A stretch of 64,000 nucleotides of DNA from Azolla caroliniana (Eukaryota; Plantae; Polypodiophyta), in the NCBI GenBank assembly GCA_043228905.1, contig JBHGNT010000006.1, forward strand, positions 1,178,001-1,242,000, written 5' to 3'. A program made the translations under genes and the position numbers. Shown piece after piece: positions 1 through 11,223 of the stretch. Under the pieces are notes generated by a model. The model searched no databases and was not told the DNA's origin. It saw nothing but the letters and a program-made list of their open reading frames with translations. How positions within the stretch are numbered: the stretch's first letter is position 1; every line of letters begins with the position of its first letter.

Positions 1-2500
1 GATGCAGCTCATCTCGGTGTCGGACCCCGGAGTAGACTTGACATTTCTCGCAGCTTTCTGTGAACTCCGCGACATCTTTATACATGTTCTTCCACCAATA
101 TCTTTGCTTGATTTTCACAAAAGTTGCCCATGTTCCTCGATGTCCAGCCCAATCGGATTCGTGGAACTCGGACATTATCCGATTTCGTTGCTCTTTCGTC
201 CCGACTACTCGAAGTGGTATCCCATCCGGTCTTTTCGGCGTCCTCCATATTAAACCGTTTTCCAAGAAGAACTTTTGGACTTGCCTCTTCTTCCTTCGGA
301 TCTCGGCTCTCCTTTCTTTATCATTGGTTGAATCCTCGACCTCTTGTAGCATCTTCCCGATCATCAAGGTTTCCCCCTCGTATTCTTCTTCCCGGAATTC
401 TCGGATCACGTTCACTCGGCATATGTGTTCTGACGTGAAGTAGTCTTCGGAAACTTCTTCATTATCTGATTCGGTTATGTCGTCTTCAAACTGCGCCCTC
501 GATAACATGTCCGCTACCGCGTTGTCCTTCCCCGAGATGTGTCGAACCTCCGGATTAAGTGACTTGACATATGCAATCCACCTTAGCATAGCCACATCCG
601 GTATCGTACAACACCGCATCATCCCGAGTATCGGAAGACAATCCGTCTCGACCACCACTTCAGCTCCGATCAAATAATCCCGATCCGATTTTATCGCCGA
701 CACGACTCCCCACAGTTCTCTTTTGACTTGTGCATATCCGCGTTGTCTTTCGTTGAGGACCTTTGCTCCAAATCGGATCGGATACCGCGAACCATCCGAG
801 TCGGCTTGATTGATGACCCACCCGATACCGGTTGGACTTGTATCAACCGTTACTATGATTGGCCGCTCGTAGCTTGGCTTCTTAAGTGATTCCGCCCTCC
901 ATAGTGTCTTCTTGAGCTTCCTCATGGCTTTAGTGTGTTCCGGTTTCCACTCGAATTTCTTACCTTTCCGCAACAAGTGATAGAGCGGGTCCGCTATATG
1001 TGCATAGTGCGGAATCCATATGTGATAGAATGCACACGCACCCAGAAACCTTCGGACTTCCGATGTTGACTCACATACTTCCTTCATAGCTTGAATCGCA
1101 TCGATCTTTGTTGGTGACGGTCTTCGGCCGTAGGGTCCACATAGATGTCCGACCACCAATATTTCTTCTTGCCCGAATGCCGATTTCTCCCCGGAAAGTG
1201 TTAGGTGCACATCTTCTAGCTTTCGCAACACTTTCTCGCAATCATGAATATGGTCGACCACGAACTTTCGGCATCCCCGATCATCCATAGTCTCATCTTT
1301 TTCTTCCACCGCGCATCCTTTCATCGGAATGTCATCTAGAAACGGCATCGTTATCTCCGGGATGCAATCTCGAAGCACCTTGTTCATCGCGTTCATCATA
1401 TGTGCAACCGAGTTTGTCGCTCCTTGTGGTAGTGTGCACATTCGAACTAGTCCTATCGGTGTCCGCATGGTAGTGATGTCTCGGCTCTCCACGGCTAGTT
1501 GGAATTGGTCATACCCCGAGTATAGGTCCCCGATGGAGTATATCGCACGTCCGGCAAAAGCTTCCGCGAATTTGTCCACTATCGGACCGACTCCCGAGTT
1601 CCGGATCGTGACCTTGTTCACCGGTTGCAAGTCTTGGATGAATCGGAGTGACCCATTCTTCTTCGGAACCGTAAACCATTGATTTGAGTACGGAGCACTT
1701 GATGGCTCTAGAATCCCCATCGCCACCTTCTCCTTGAGCAAGTCGATGACTTTCGGAATATGCGCCCGTGGCACCGGAATCGGCTTCAGGTTCCACGGTA
1801 CATGATCAATCGTGAAAATCACCATCGGCTCCACTATCTTTGGATCAATGCATCCGATCTCCCTCGATGTGAACGCGAATGCTTTGCCATGTTGCTCCAA
1901 CATCTCTCGAAACCGTTTTTCTTCTTCTTGTAAGAGGAACCCACCTCCACCGATCCGAAGTTTCTTCCGGGTTTCATCTGTGAAGGCATGTCCGATATCC
2001 ACAGACTTCCGAAGTGTCGGATCTCCCGAGACTTCTTTCTTCTTTTGTTCGCTATCGGCGGGTAGTGGTCCCGCGGCCGGTTTCACCTTCTTCTCCACGG
2101 TCTTGTATTTCGTACTTACCATTGCTTCTTCTTTGCGGAGCGCATCCGGCCCCATTTTCGCAACGATCTCGTACATCTCGACCGATTCCACCGGGACTAC
2201 CCGGTTCCCTTGGCTTTTATCTTCCGCAAGCTCTTCAAGCCGTTGTAGTGTATTCCCATAGAACACTTCCTCGATCACTCCCACGATTTCTTCGTCTTCT
2301 TTTATTATTGATGCCGACCATAACTTATCCTCCACTTGTCGGTATTGTTTCTTCATTCCTCCGGTTACGGCCGTGTACGTAGATGCCCCATCCGGGCCGA
2401 TTCGTACTTGTTTTGCTCCGAGAGTTTTCTTCCTGTGTGGGGTATCAGGGCTTCTCGGACTATCACTTCCCCACTCCGCAACAGTCCGCTTTAAAAATCC
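1..2500 (-). CDS. pol: Gypsy Pol (RT, RNase H, start of integrase), in the -1 frame relative to gag; open to the window edge
   Basis: Manual translation shows no stop from 2500 to 1. RT motifs PKKNGSLRFIQDL, DLYSGYDQF, LPQGATNS, PFLDD; RNase H VDTSPTGIG and NAVADMLSR; integrase HHCC FHESDWAGHRG...CEKC. Confidence 0.92.
2437..2500 (-). promoter_or_regulatory. Predicted programmed -1 ribosomal frameshift signal (slippery G GAU UUU plus H-type pseudoknot)
   Basis: Slip site 2500-2494 lies immediately before the gag UAA. After a 5-nt spacer, stem 1 is CGGACUGUUGC/GUGAUAGUCCG and stem 2 is GUGGGG/CCCCAC. The -1 frame is the open pol frame. Confidence 0.85.
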
Positions 2501-4617
2501 ATTCTCACTTGGGACAAGAGTTCCCTCTTGTTCCTTTCGTGATTTGCCGGCACCATTAGGAATTGGACGGATTTCCCTCCGTTTTGGCTCCGAATTCGCG
2601 CAAAAGCCGCACCACTATCGAGCACCTTCGTCTCCATCCGTGAAGCCGTGATAAAGGGTTGGCCGAGGATGACAGAATGTGAAACCTCATCCTGCACAAA
2701 GAAATTTTGGTCAATTTCGACATCCCCGATCTTTACCGTCACATCCGGACAAGCCGCAAATAGGTCTTCTGTCGTTTTCGTGGCTGCCCGAATCTTCCAT
2801 CCATGGTTGGTGTTTATAGGCCACTTCCCCTTTCGGTAGAACTCCTTGGACATCAAGTTGATCTCCGATCCGTGATCAATCAATGCTAGTACGGGTTCTT
2901 TGATGTTGCCGATTCGGACCGGAGTCTCCGTAGTCGCACGTGCCCAGTGTGGCCTTGTATAGTGGTAGTTCGGAATTTCGCCTTCCACTTCGGTGTCGTT
3001 CATTGAAACGGTATTTGCATTCACCCTTGGAGCATTTTCCTCCGTACTTTGTCTCTTCCTTTTCACGAGATCCACGAGAAGATCGTGAAACTCCTTCTTC
3101 GCTATTCCGAGTAGTTCCCGCAGCGAAAAATCTACCCGGCTATCCAAGATTCTTTCCTCGAACACTCTTTTCAAGTCGGTTTGTTGTTCTATGTCCGAGG
3201 CGAGCTTGAATGCCGGAGTCGCCTTTTCTTTTCCCTTACCTCCGGAGTTCCAGCTTTCCGGTATCTTCGATGGTCCGGCCGCATCCTCCGTGCGCCGTCG
3301 TTTCTCGTCCACATACACCTCATGTAATTGACACAGGGCGTATATGCTATTCTTGTCGACAGGGCACTCCCATCCCGTAGCTTCCCGGACGTCTTCCGCG
3401 GTGTTTCGGATATCGTTGGAGTCGGTTTTCTCGGTGTTTCCTAGCACCTCCGGCCAGAAAGATGCCTTCGCTCCCGATGACTCCCCGACACATATTCCCG
3501 CGGTTGTCGCATAGTTGCTTCTTGCCGCTAACTCCTCCTCGAGCACCTTCTTCATGCCGCCTTTCCGGAAGTTCGGTCGGAGTGGCTTCCGAGAGTCCAT
3601 CGAATGAATCTGGTTTCCCTCGTAGTAGATGAGATCCCGTCGTAGCGCCTCCTTATGGTCGTCGCAATCCCTCCGATCGTGTTCGGCGCTATCGCACCAT
3701 ATGCACCGTCGATCCGTATATTTGGAGCTTGTGGGGCGGTCATCCGACTTCTTCACCATCGCGATCTTTAGATTCTCCATCTCCTTCAGCAGCTGCTCCA
3801 CCGTAGACGCGTCGACTCCCTTCTCGGCCGTAATCTCCCGAGCCCTCGGTTGATGGTCTTCCAGTCCCGTTCTCGGTTTCGGAATCGGTTCCGAAACCCT
3901 CTTTTCTTCGTTGGCAAGCCATTGCCCCCTCTTCGTGTACCGCGCGACGATATCCCGCACGCTTTCCCATGTTTCGGTGAGGCCGCTTTCGGTGGTCGTG
4001 TCCTCAAGAAGCACTCCGAGATCTTTCCGGTCCCGGACGTCCACAGCTCGCAAAAACATGATGACTTTGTCCGGTGCAAGAATAGTTTGATCTCTCGCAG
4101 ACAACCTCCCGAACCGACTTTCGAATGTCGAAAACACTTCGAGGACCTTCAGCCCCTTACCTGACGTTTCCACCCAATCCTCGAACCCCCTCCGCGTTGC
4201 CTTGGAGGAGTCCTCGATGGCAAACGTGGTCTTTAACGCCTCTTCGAATGCTTCCCACGTCGGATTTTGTTGTTGCAACCCGTGGATACTCCCTTGAAGC
4301 CCGTCGGTCGCCACCCGGGTAAAGGATGTCACTTGCAGTCCTTCCGAAGCCCGGCACCGGAGCATCTCCGCCTTGTAGTCCTGCAAATATCGCGACACAT
4401 CCTTACCATTAAATTGCCCGTTGCGTTGCACGAGCCGCTCTACTGATGCCGAAATCTCCGACATCGTGCGTTGTTCTTGAAGCATCCGTTCGAACATCGC
4501 CATCATATTGTTAGCTTGTTGAGCCTCCATCTCCTTGCCACCCGTCTTCACGTCGGGTTCACCAACTGTGTCGTGCCTTTCGGCTCCGGATCGTTGCGTG
4601 AGTCGGGTGGGAACCAC
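2491..4617 (-). CDS. gag: Gypsy Gag-protease polyprotein (first in-frame ATG at about 4530)
   Basis: 708-aa ORF with FNGKDVSRYL Gag motif, CX2CX4HX4C knuckle (CIWCDSAEHDRRDC) and aspartic protease motifs LIDHGSEINLM and VILGQPF; ends RMDF*. Confidence 0.93.
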   Translation of the reverse strand: MVPTRLTQRSGAERHDTVGEPDVKTGGKEMEAQQANNMMAMFERMLQEQRTMSEISASVERLVQRNGQFNGKDVSRYLQDYKAEMLRCRASEGLQVTSFTRVATDGLQGSIHGLQQQNPTWEAFEEALKTTFAIEDSSKATRRGFEDWVETSGKGLKVLEVFSTFESRFGRLSARDQTILAPDKVIMFLRAVDVRDRKDLGVLLEDTTTESGLTETWESVRDIVARYTKRGQWLANEEKRVSEPIPKPRTGLEDHQPRAREITAEKGVDASTVEQLLKEMENLKIAMVKKSDDRPTSSKYTDRRCIWCDSAEHDRRDCDDHKEALRRDLIYYEGNQIHSMDSRKPLRPNFRKGGMKKVLEEELAARSNYATTAGICVGESSGAKASFWPEVLGNTEKTDSNDIRNTAEDVREATGWECPVDKNSIYALCQLHEVYVDEKRRRTEDAAGPSKIPESWNSGGKGKEKATPAFKLASDIEQQTDLKRVFEERILDSRVDFSLRELLGIAKKEFHDLLVDLVKRKRQSTEENAPRVNANTVSMNDTEVEGEIPNYHYTRPHWARATTETPVRIGNIKEPVLALIDHGSEINLMSKEFYRKGKWPINTNHGWKIRAATKTTEDLFAACPDVTVKIGDVEIDQNFFVQDEVSHSVILGQPFITASRMETKVLDSGAAFARIRSQNGGKSVQFLMVPANHERNKRELLSQVRMDF

Positions 4618-4738
4618 AGAGGTCTTGGACTAGGCGGAAGAAGTTCGTGAGATAGAGATTAATTATGAGTAAATAGCAAAGAGAAAGATAAGAAACTCGT
4701 GAATCACACGAGTATACTATATTAATTGGTACTTAGGG

Positions 4739-5363
4739 TGTTAAGAGAGAAGTAGATGTATAAATCGTGAATCCCACGAATAATTTTTGTATTGATTCAT
4801 ACTTAATCCAAATAATCAACAACCCTTTATATATTTCTCTCCTCCTTATATAAGGAAGGAAGAGCTAAGCATGGCTTCATGCTTTTTTTACAAAAAGTGT
4901 TCATGTCCACTAAATGTGCATGTGATGCTTTTTTATTTCCTAAGTATAGGGCTCATGCACGCTAGATGTGCATGAGTTATTTTTAGTGTCTCGTGTTTTT
5001 TCTTTTTCATATATTAAAAAAATACACGATTTACCTTTTAATAAAGGTATGCATAAATAAAGGTCTTATACGTATTAAATCTATATTTAAAACACTTAAG
5101 ATAAGTTAATGTAATGGTAAGGTTGCGGTTTGTCAATGTGGAGGTGTAGAGTTTGAATCACGCCCTGCGCAGTAGTGAGTATTTCCTTTTTTTTTACATT
5201 TATGTCTCTTTATCTTGCCGGTATGCCGTTTTCTTCCTTGCCGGTATGCCGTTTTCCTCCTTGCCGGTATGCCGTTTTCTTCCGGTTCTCACCGAGCACT
5301 CCATTCTCTATCCGGAGGGACAAAAATATAATTTCCACATAGTGTGCAACCTACACTACGACA
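4739..5363 (-). repeat. 5' LTR of the gypsy element (inner boundary tentative)
   Basis: TG start at 5363, AT-rich, TATATAA near 4850, candidate ...TTAACA end at 4739. The second LTR is not in the window, so the end cannot be confirmed. Confidence 0.6.
5214..5282. repeat. Three 23-bp tandem repeats in the LTR U3
   Basis: CTTGCCGGTATGCCGTTTTC(T/C)TC occurs three times in tandem. Confidence 0.9.
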
Positions 5364-8217
5364 GCGTCCTTTGCCGCTTCTGCGTAGCTCTCCGGCTCAC
5401 GCACTTCTGTCACCTTAGTCATGTACGCATAATGATGCGCCATGTATTCATTGTACCCGTACCGTATGACGGGATCCTTCTGGCGGGTTGATTGGCGCAA
5501 CGCACCGTCACCTGATTTGAGGCCCTTCTTGGCCAGTTCGGTCTTCGTTGCCGAAGATCCGCCTTTCTCCTTTCTAGAGTCGGATACGCACCGATCCGAC
5601 TCATCGTTGCCGGTTTCGAATTCCGGCATCTTCCTCTTCCCTTTCTCTTTGCGCGTGAACCATTTCCTTGGTTCCTTGCGCGGGGAGAGCATGGTAGAGT
5701 CTCCACCACTTGCCGTCTCTTCATCCGACTGGTCCAACCGACTCAGTCGCTCGTTCGGTCCACTTAACCGTAACGATTCCGGACTCTCATCTTGAGTCCC
5801 GGCCTCATCATCCTCTGACAGGGCTGATTCAGGCTCATTGGCCTGATCTTCCGACATTGGGTCGGGATCGGAAGTCGGAGTTGGTACGGAGTTGGTACGG
5901 AGTACCAGGATGTCGATTCGTCGAACTCGACATCCCGGCTAACTCGGACTTCCTTCGTCCGGGGGTTATAGCCCTTATACCCCTTTTGCTCTTGAGCATA
6001 GCCGACTAGGATGCATTTTTCCGATTTTGCATCCAGCTTTCTCCGTTTCTGATCCGGCACAGTGTATGTGATCCGGCACATGCACATACGCTATGTTGCC
6101 GAATATCCGAAGGTGTCTTAAATTCAGCTTGCGCCCGAAATACAGCTCATGAGCTGACACCTTGTCACCGATGCGGTTTTGTATGTAGACGGCCGTCTGG
6201 ACCGCCTCCGCCCAGTAGAACCGGGGCATGCTCTTTTCCTCCAGCATTGCCCTTGCCGCTTCGACAAGTGTCCGGTTCTTCCTTTTGGCCACACCATTTT
6301 GCTCCGGTGTGTATCTGCAGCTGAACTCTCGCCGAATTCCCTTCTGCTGTAGATAACTAGTGAATTGGCCGGAAAAATATTCCTTTCTGCCATCCGATCG
6401 AAGGCATTTGATCTTCCTCTCTGATTCCCGTTCCACCATCTTCTGGAGGCTCCGGAAACAGTCGAAGACTTCGCTCTTCTGCTCAATGAGGTAGATCCAA
6501 GTATACTGAGTATAGTCGTCGATGAAGGAGACAAAGTATCGGCTCCCGCCAAGGCTTACACTTTGTGCCGGTCCCCACACATCCGAATGGATGAGATCGA
6601 GCTTGTTACGGCTCCAGTTCCGTTCGGTGGGGAATGGAAGCCGGTGTTGCTTCCCAAGTTGGCAGGCTTCACAAATTTCGGCTCTCCGGCCGCTAAACTT
6701 CGGCAAACCGAAAACGACTTGTTTCGTTTGCAGATCTTGAAGCCTCCGGTAGTTGACGTGGCCTATCCGCTCGTGCCACAGGTCGATGTCTGACTCGACC
6801 TTCTGTCGTTTCGCGAACAGAGCGGTGCCAAAGTCATTGGTGTCGAGGATAAACATCCTCCCGTCTCTGCGCCCTTGCGCAATGACTTCGCCCTCATCCT
6901 CAATGAAGCACCCGAGGTGCGTAAACCGCACCTGCATCCCCTGGTCGACAATCTGACCGACGGACACCAGGTTCTTCGTGATCGTCGGAACGTGTAACAC
7001 GTTCATCAGCTTCCCTTTCTGTCCGACGTGGCTTAGAGGGACTTCTCTGACGTGCACGATTGGGTGAGGAGTGTCGTCTCCGGTTTCGACTACTCCTGGT
7101 TGATCCGGTCTCTCCAGAAAGGAGAACCACTCTTTGTGACTCGTCATGTGGTTCGACGCGCCGGAATCAACATACCACACTTCCTCCGTTTTGGAAGTGG
7201 TCTTCTTCATTGAGTTTGCCTTGTGATTCATCACCAAGGCTGGCCCCTTACCGGCCTTTCCGGTTCCGGATCCTTCTGATCCGTTTGCGTAGTGCGAGTT
7301 TTGCCGGCCATCCTTATCGGTCTTGCCGGATCTGGATTTGTCCGAATCGGCACGCTTTCTCCAGCACTCGCTTTCCCTAAACCCTTTTTGCCACAATACC
7401 AGCATTTCGTAGCGGATTTGTCTTGCCGGCTTCCGGCACCGCCTGGACTCCCCCTGCTTGTGGAAGTCCCGGAACTGCTGTCGGCACGCTCATAGTGCCT
7501 CCGTTCCTGCATTTGCCGGCCGCCTCCATTGCGTGCCGACCCACCTCTTCCACCACGCCCACGGAGCCAATCCGTTCCCGTGTACAACATTCGGTTGTCC
7601 GGGGATGCACTGGTAGATGCACCGGCGTGGTTCTCCTCTACAAGGAGCATCGACTGTAAGTCGAAGAATGAGGGGGTATTCTCCCTTGTACACACCGCAG
7701 TCCGGAACGCTCCGAACTTGGACGCCAGGCCTCCGAGGCATACCTGCACCATCTCGTCTTCCTCTACGGTAACATTGATAGAGGCGAGCGAGTCGCAGAT
7801 CTCCTTTATCCGGCCCGTGTAGTCTGCCACGGACATGTTCTTCTGTCGAACATTGCTCAACTCCTGTCTGAGTTGCAGCTTCCGGGCAGTGGTGCTTGCG
7901 GCGAAAACCTTTTTCAAGTTCCCCCAAGCATCCTTCGGTGTCTTGGCGTCACGGATGTGGCTGAGCAGCTGATCGCCGACACTGGACGCGAAGCAGTACA
8001 TCACCCTGCTTGCCGCCTGTTCCCATACTGGGAAGTCCTTGTGTGCCGAGTCGGGCGCCACATCATTCGCTCCTTCGACATAACTCCAGTACCCGTGTCC
8101 AAGCAGGTACTGGTGCATCTTGTAAGACCAGGATACGTAGTTGCTCCTGTCGAGCTTCTCCACCGGGAGCGACGTAGCCATGCCTCTATCCATGTCTTCT
8201 ACTGTGTCTGTTTTCAA
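5364..8217 (-). pseudogene. Copia A gag-pol, frameshifted
   Basis: UBN2-type Gag (EKLDRSNYVSWSYKM); zinc knuckle broken by a frameshift near 7380; protease WYVDSGASNHM; integrase IHSDVWGP, LRSDG and QNGVAKRKN (catalytic E replaced by K). Short duplications near 6050-6080 and 5880-5900 shift the frame. Confidence 0.9.
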
Positions 8218-8275
8218 CCTGGTAGGGTTTTCTTCTCAAGAGTAAATGTCTGCAGCAAAGGTTCTCAACCCTCGC

Positions 8276-8287
8276 GCTCTGATACCA
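8276..8287 (-). promoter_or_regulatory. Primer binding site (initiator tRNA-Met) of copia A
   Basis: TGGTATCAGAGC directly follows the LTR ...CA. Confidence 0.93.
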
Positions 8288-8329
8288 TGTAAACGTAAGT
8301 GTTTGCGGAAGCGTAAAACAGAGAACAAC

Positions 8330-8363
<34 letters not shown>

Positions 8364-8692
8364 CAGAACACAATTTCAAAATTATATCAAGACTCTGTAC
8401 ACACACTGTGCTAAGTAGCACTATTTATACAAGTCCTCTTGGGACTGACAGAAGTACCATGTACTTCAATGCTCACACGAGCATCTGACACTTACTACGA
8501 GACTATAGCTACCTAGTAGTCTATCCTATACTAGGCTTCCGATTGGACTTCCGGTTACAGATTGCACTCGGCCTCCACTGCTTGCCGGTTCGGTTGCTCA
8601 CTGTCATACCGATCCGTTTCGCCCGATCCGTCTCGCTTACCGGCTCCGGCTTATTCAGCCGATCCGGCTCCGGTTGAGCTTGCCGCTCAACA
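8288..8692 (-). repeat. 5' LTR of copia A
   Basis: TG...CA ends, TATAAAT near 8425 on the minus strand, CT-rich tract, adjacent PBS. Confidence 0.88.
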
Positions 8693-9567
8693 ACAATATG
8701 TCATCACAACAGTGCATTATGGCATCTTGTATAAGTCGAATACGACCATTCAACTTGAAGGGTACACAGACGCGGACTGGGCAGGATACAAAGCGGATAG
8801 AATACAACGCGGATAGACGATCCATATCCGGATTCGTCTTCTCCCTCGGTAGCGGAGTGATCTCCTGGAGCAGCAAGAAACAGCCGACAGTCGCACTGTC
8901 GAGCACGGAAGCCGAATACAAGGGCGCGACAGTCGCCGCATGCGAAGCTATATGGCTTAAGCGTATACTAAAAGATCTGGGCATACCCATCAAAGATCCA
9001 ATATACATGTACTGCGACAACATGAGTAGTATCTACCTTGCGCGTAACCCCGTATTTCACGCGCAGACTAAACACATCGAACTGCATTACCACTTCATCC
9101 GCGAGCGTGTTCAGGCCGGAGAAATTGACCTCCAACACATCAGCACGCACCTACAAGTCATTGATATCTTTACAAAGGCCTTAGGCATCGACAAGCTCGG
9201 GCAATTTGCATCGGATCTTGGTCTCACGTCGTCCACATTGCCGAGCTTGAGGGGGAGTACGCAGACACAACATGGATAGGCTACACAATACGCAACACAA
9301 CCGACTAGACAGGTCGAAGTACGAACCGAACGACTTTCCGACATATGGAAGTTGTGTTCAAAGGGGCATGTTGAGAATTGAACTGAACTTTCCATAGATA
9401 GGTTTCACAGTAGCTCATGGACATTCCAGGCTAGTTTTGTAAATAGTAGAAAGGGCACTTGCCCTAGCTTCGTTGGTATATAACCAAGTCATTGTAACTT
9501 AGTTAATGTTGGATGTATTTCGTTTCGTTAATATTATATACACTTTTGTCTATCTCTGTCTCTCTCT

Positions 9568-9619
<52 letters not shown>

Positions 9620-9687
9620 GTACACATACACACACCTACGTTCACCTTCCGCTGCATTGCAATCACCACAAACTCCATTTCCTAACA
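8693..9687 (+). mobile_element. Ty1/copia element B, 3' end (RT tail, RNase H, PPT, 3' LTR 9369-9687)
   Basis: LEGYTDADWAG, ISWSSKKQPTVALSSTEAEY, YCDNMSSI, HIELHYHFIRE, DIFTKAL. A 16-bp duplication near 8786-8817 shifts the frame. PPT AAAGGGGCA precedes TGTTGAG...CCTAACA. Confidence 0.92.
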
Positions 9688-10513
9688 GGGACCTTTGGCA
9701 TACATGGCCGAGTTAACCTCGTTTGAATTGACAATGAACATTCAACCATCTCTCCGTCACTTAGCTATTAGTCGGCCATCTTTCTCGATGAAACATCCTT
9801 TGTTGTTGAAACGAACTTGCATGCCTTGCTCCACGATTTGGCCGACCGAGACCAAATTCTTTGTTATTGTGGGCACGTGCAAGAAATTCTTGCAATTATT
9901 TTGGCCGTTGTTGCCGAATGGGATGTGTGGTGTCGTCTCTCGTCTCTATGAAGCCAGATCGATCCGGCGTTCGTCAGTCACGAAACCACTCTTGGTGTGA
10001 CATCATATATGTGAGGCACCAGAGTCGACGAACCACACGTCTTCCGAGTTGGAGGTGCTCATGGAGTCGGAGACTAACGTAGAGTTCGCTCTACGTTTCA
10101 TTACAAATAGACCACCGTAGTCGTCGTGTTCGGATTTGGTGGCATAATTTGTGAGTTGTCGGCTTGTCGAAGCTGACTCACTTCTCTTCTTCCGACACTC
10201 CTCTTCGTGGTGGCCGATTTTGCAGCAATAATTGCAAGTAATGGGCCATGTTTATCGATCTTGTTCGGCATGGAAGCTCCCCCTTCTTCTGAAGGTTCCT
10301 CAATGGCTTCCGTCTTGTTGTCGAAGGTTTGAGTTTCCCTTCATTTGATGGGTCGAATAGACCTCTTCTACCGCCTCGACCTCATCCTCGACCACCATCC
10401 AAATTCTAGAAGACCATTTGTCCTTCTGACGTCTTGGTCTTGGTTCGGACGTGGTTCTCTTCGACCAATAGCATTGATTGAAGGTCGAAGAACGAATGAG
10501 GGTAAATGCTCTT

Positions 10514-10960
10514 TGTTACGGGCATGCCCATATAATATCCCGTGGTGAGAATTTACCGTAGTATTCTATACACATGGATAAGTGTGAGGGTTAAAGGAGA
10601 GTGTAAAGAAGGGGAGGATTACTTTTAAATACTCGGGATTGACACAACCCATTAGGCCAAGTGTGAACATGGTTGGGGGCCTTGGGTATCGCTATAAATA
10701 GAGGCCTAACTACACCCTCATTTCATTATCTTGTTGACTACGTCGAGACTTTGTCTTGTGGTGGGTCAACTCTTGTAGCGAGCGCGCAAACACCAGGTAC
10801 AACTCGACGCCACGACGATGGTATGGGACGTTGATCGAGGCTCGAGTCCATCTCGATCCCTTGGCTCAGGGGTGGTCGGGTGGATCAACATCCTTCTTTC
10901 TCTCTATCCTTTCTTTCTATCTACCTAGATCTATCCTTATCTAATGCTTACTTTAGTACA
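10514..10960 (+). mobile_element. Solo-LTR-like insertion in copia C gag
   Basis: TGTTAC...GTACA ends, CTATAAATAG at about 10692, CT-rich 3' part. Flanking gag has a deletion and no TSD is visible. Confidence 0.65.
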
Positions 10961-11223
10961 TGTCTCTGATACTCTTGATCTTGGCAGTGTAGTCTGACAT
11001 GGACATGACATCTTCTTGCCGAATGTTGTTCAACTCTTCTTGGAGTTGAAGCTTTCGGGTGGTCATGTTGGCGGCAAACATCTTCTTCAAGTTCTCTCAC
11101 GCCTCTTTAGGCGTCTTGGCGTCTCAAATGTGGTCATGGACACATGTTGCCAAGCAATATATGACTCAACTCGCCGCTTGCTCCCATGTGGAGATGTTCT
11201 TTGGGTCGGGTCGATTTTCTTGT

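Larger units (their letters stand above)
1..5363 (-). mobile_element. Ty3/gypsy LTR retrotransposon, 5' part (3' end outside the window); no ORF disruption visible
   Basis: Begins TGTCGTAG at 5363, interrupting a copia pol frame (...EAAKDA). Carries a gag-protease ORF and an open RT-RNaseH-integrase frame in gypsy order. Confidence 0.95.
5364..8692 (-). mobile_element. Ty1/copia element A, 5' part, interrupted by the gypsy
   Basis: LTR TGTTGAG...TTTACA (8692-8288), PBS TGGTATCAGAGC, then gag, protease, GAG-pre-integrase and integrase in copia order. Confidence 0.95.

Noticed and set aside
2-2651. Many plus-strand ORFs over the gypsy pol
   Set aside because: Antisense shadows of the open minus-strand pol frame, with no motifs.
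7231-7405. Programmed frameshift between copia A gag and pol
   Set aside because: The shift falls inside the zinc knuckle and removes its His, and copia normally has one ORF, so it is a mutation.
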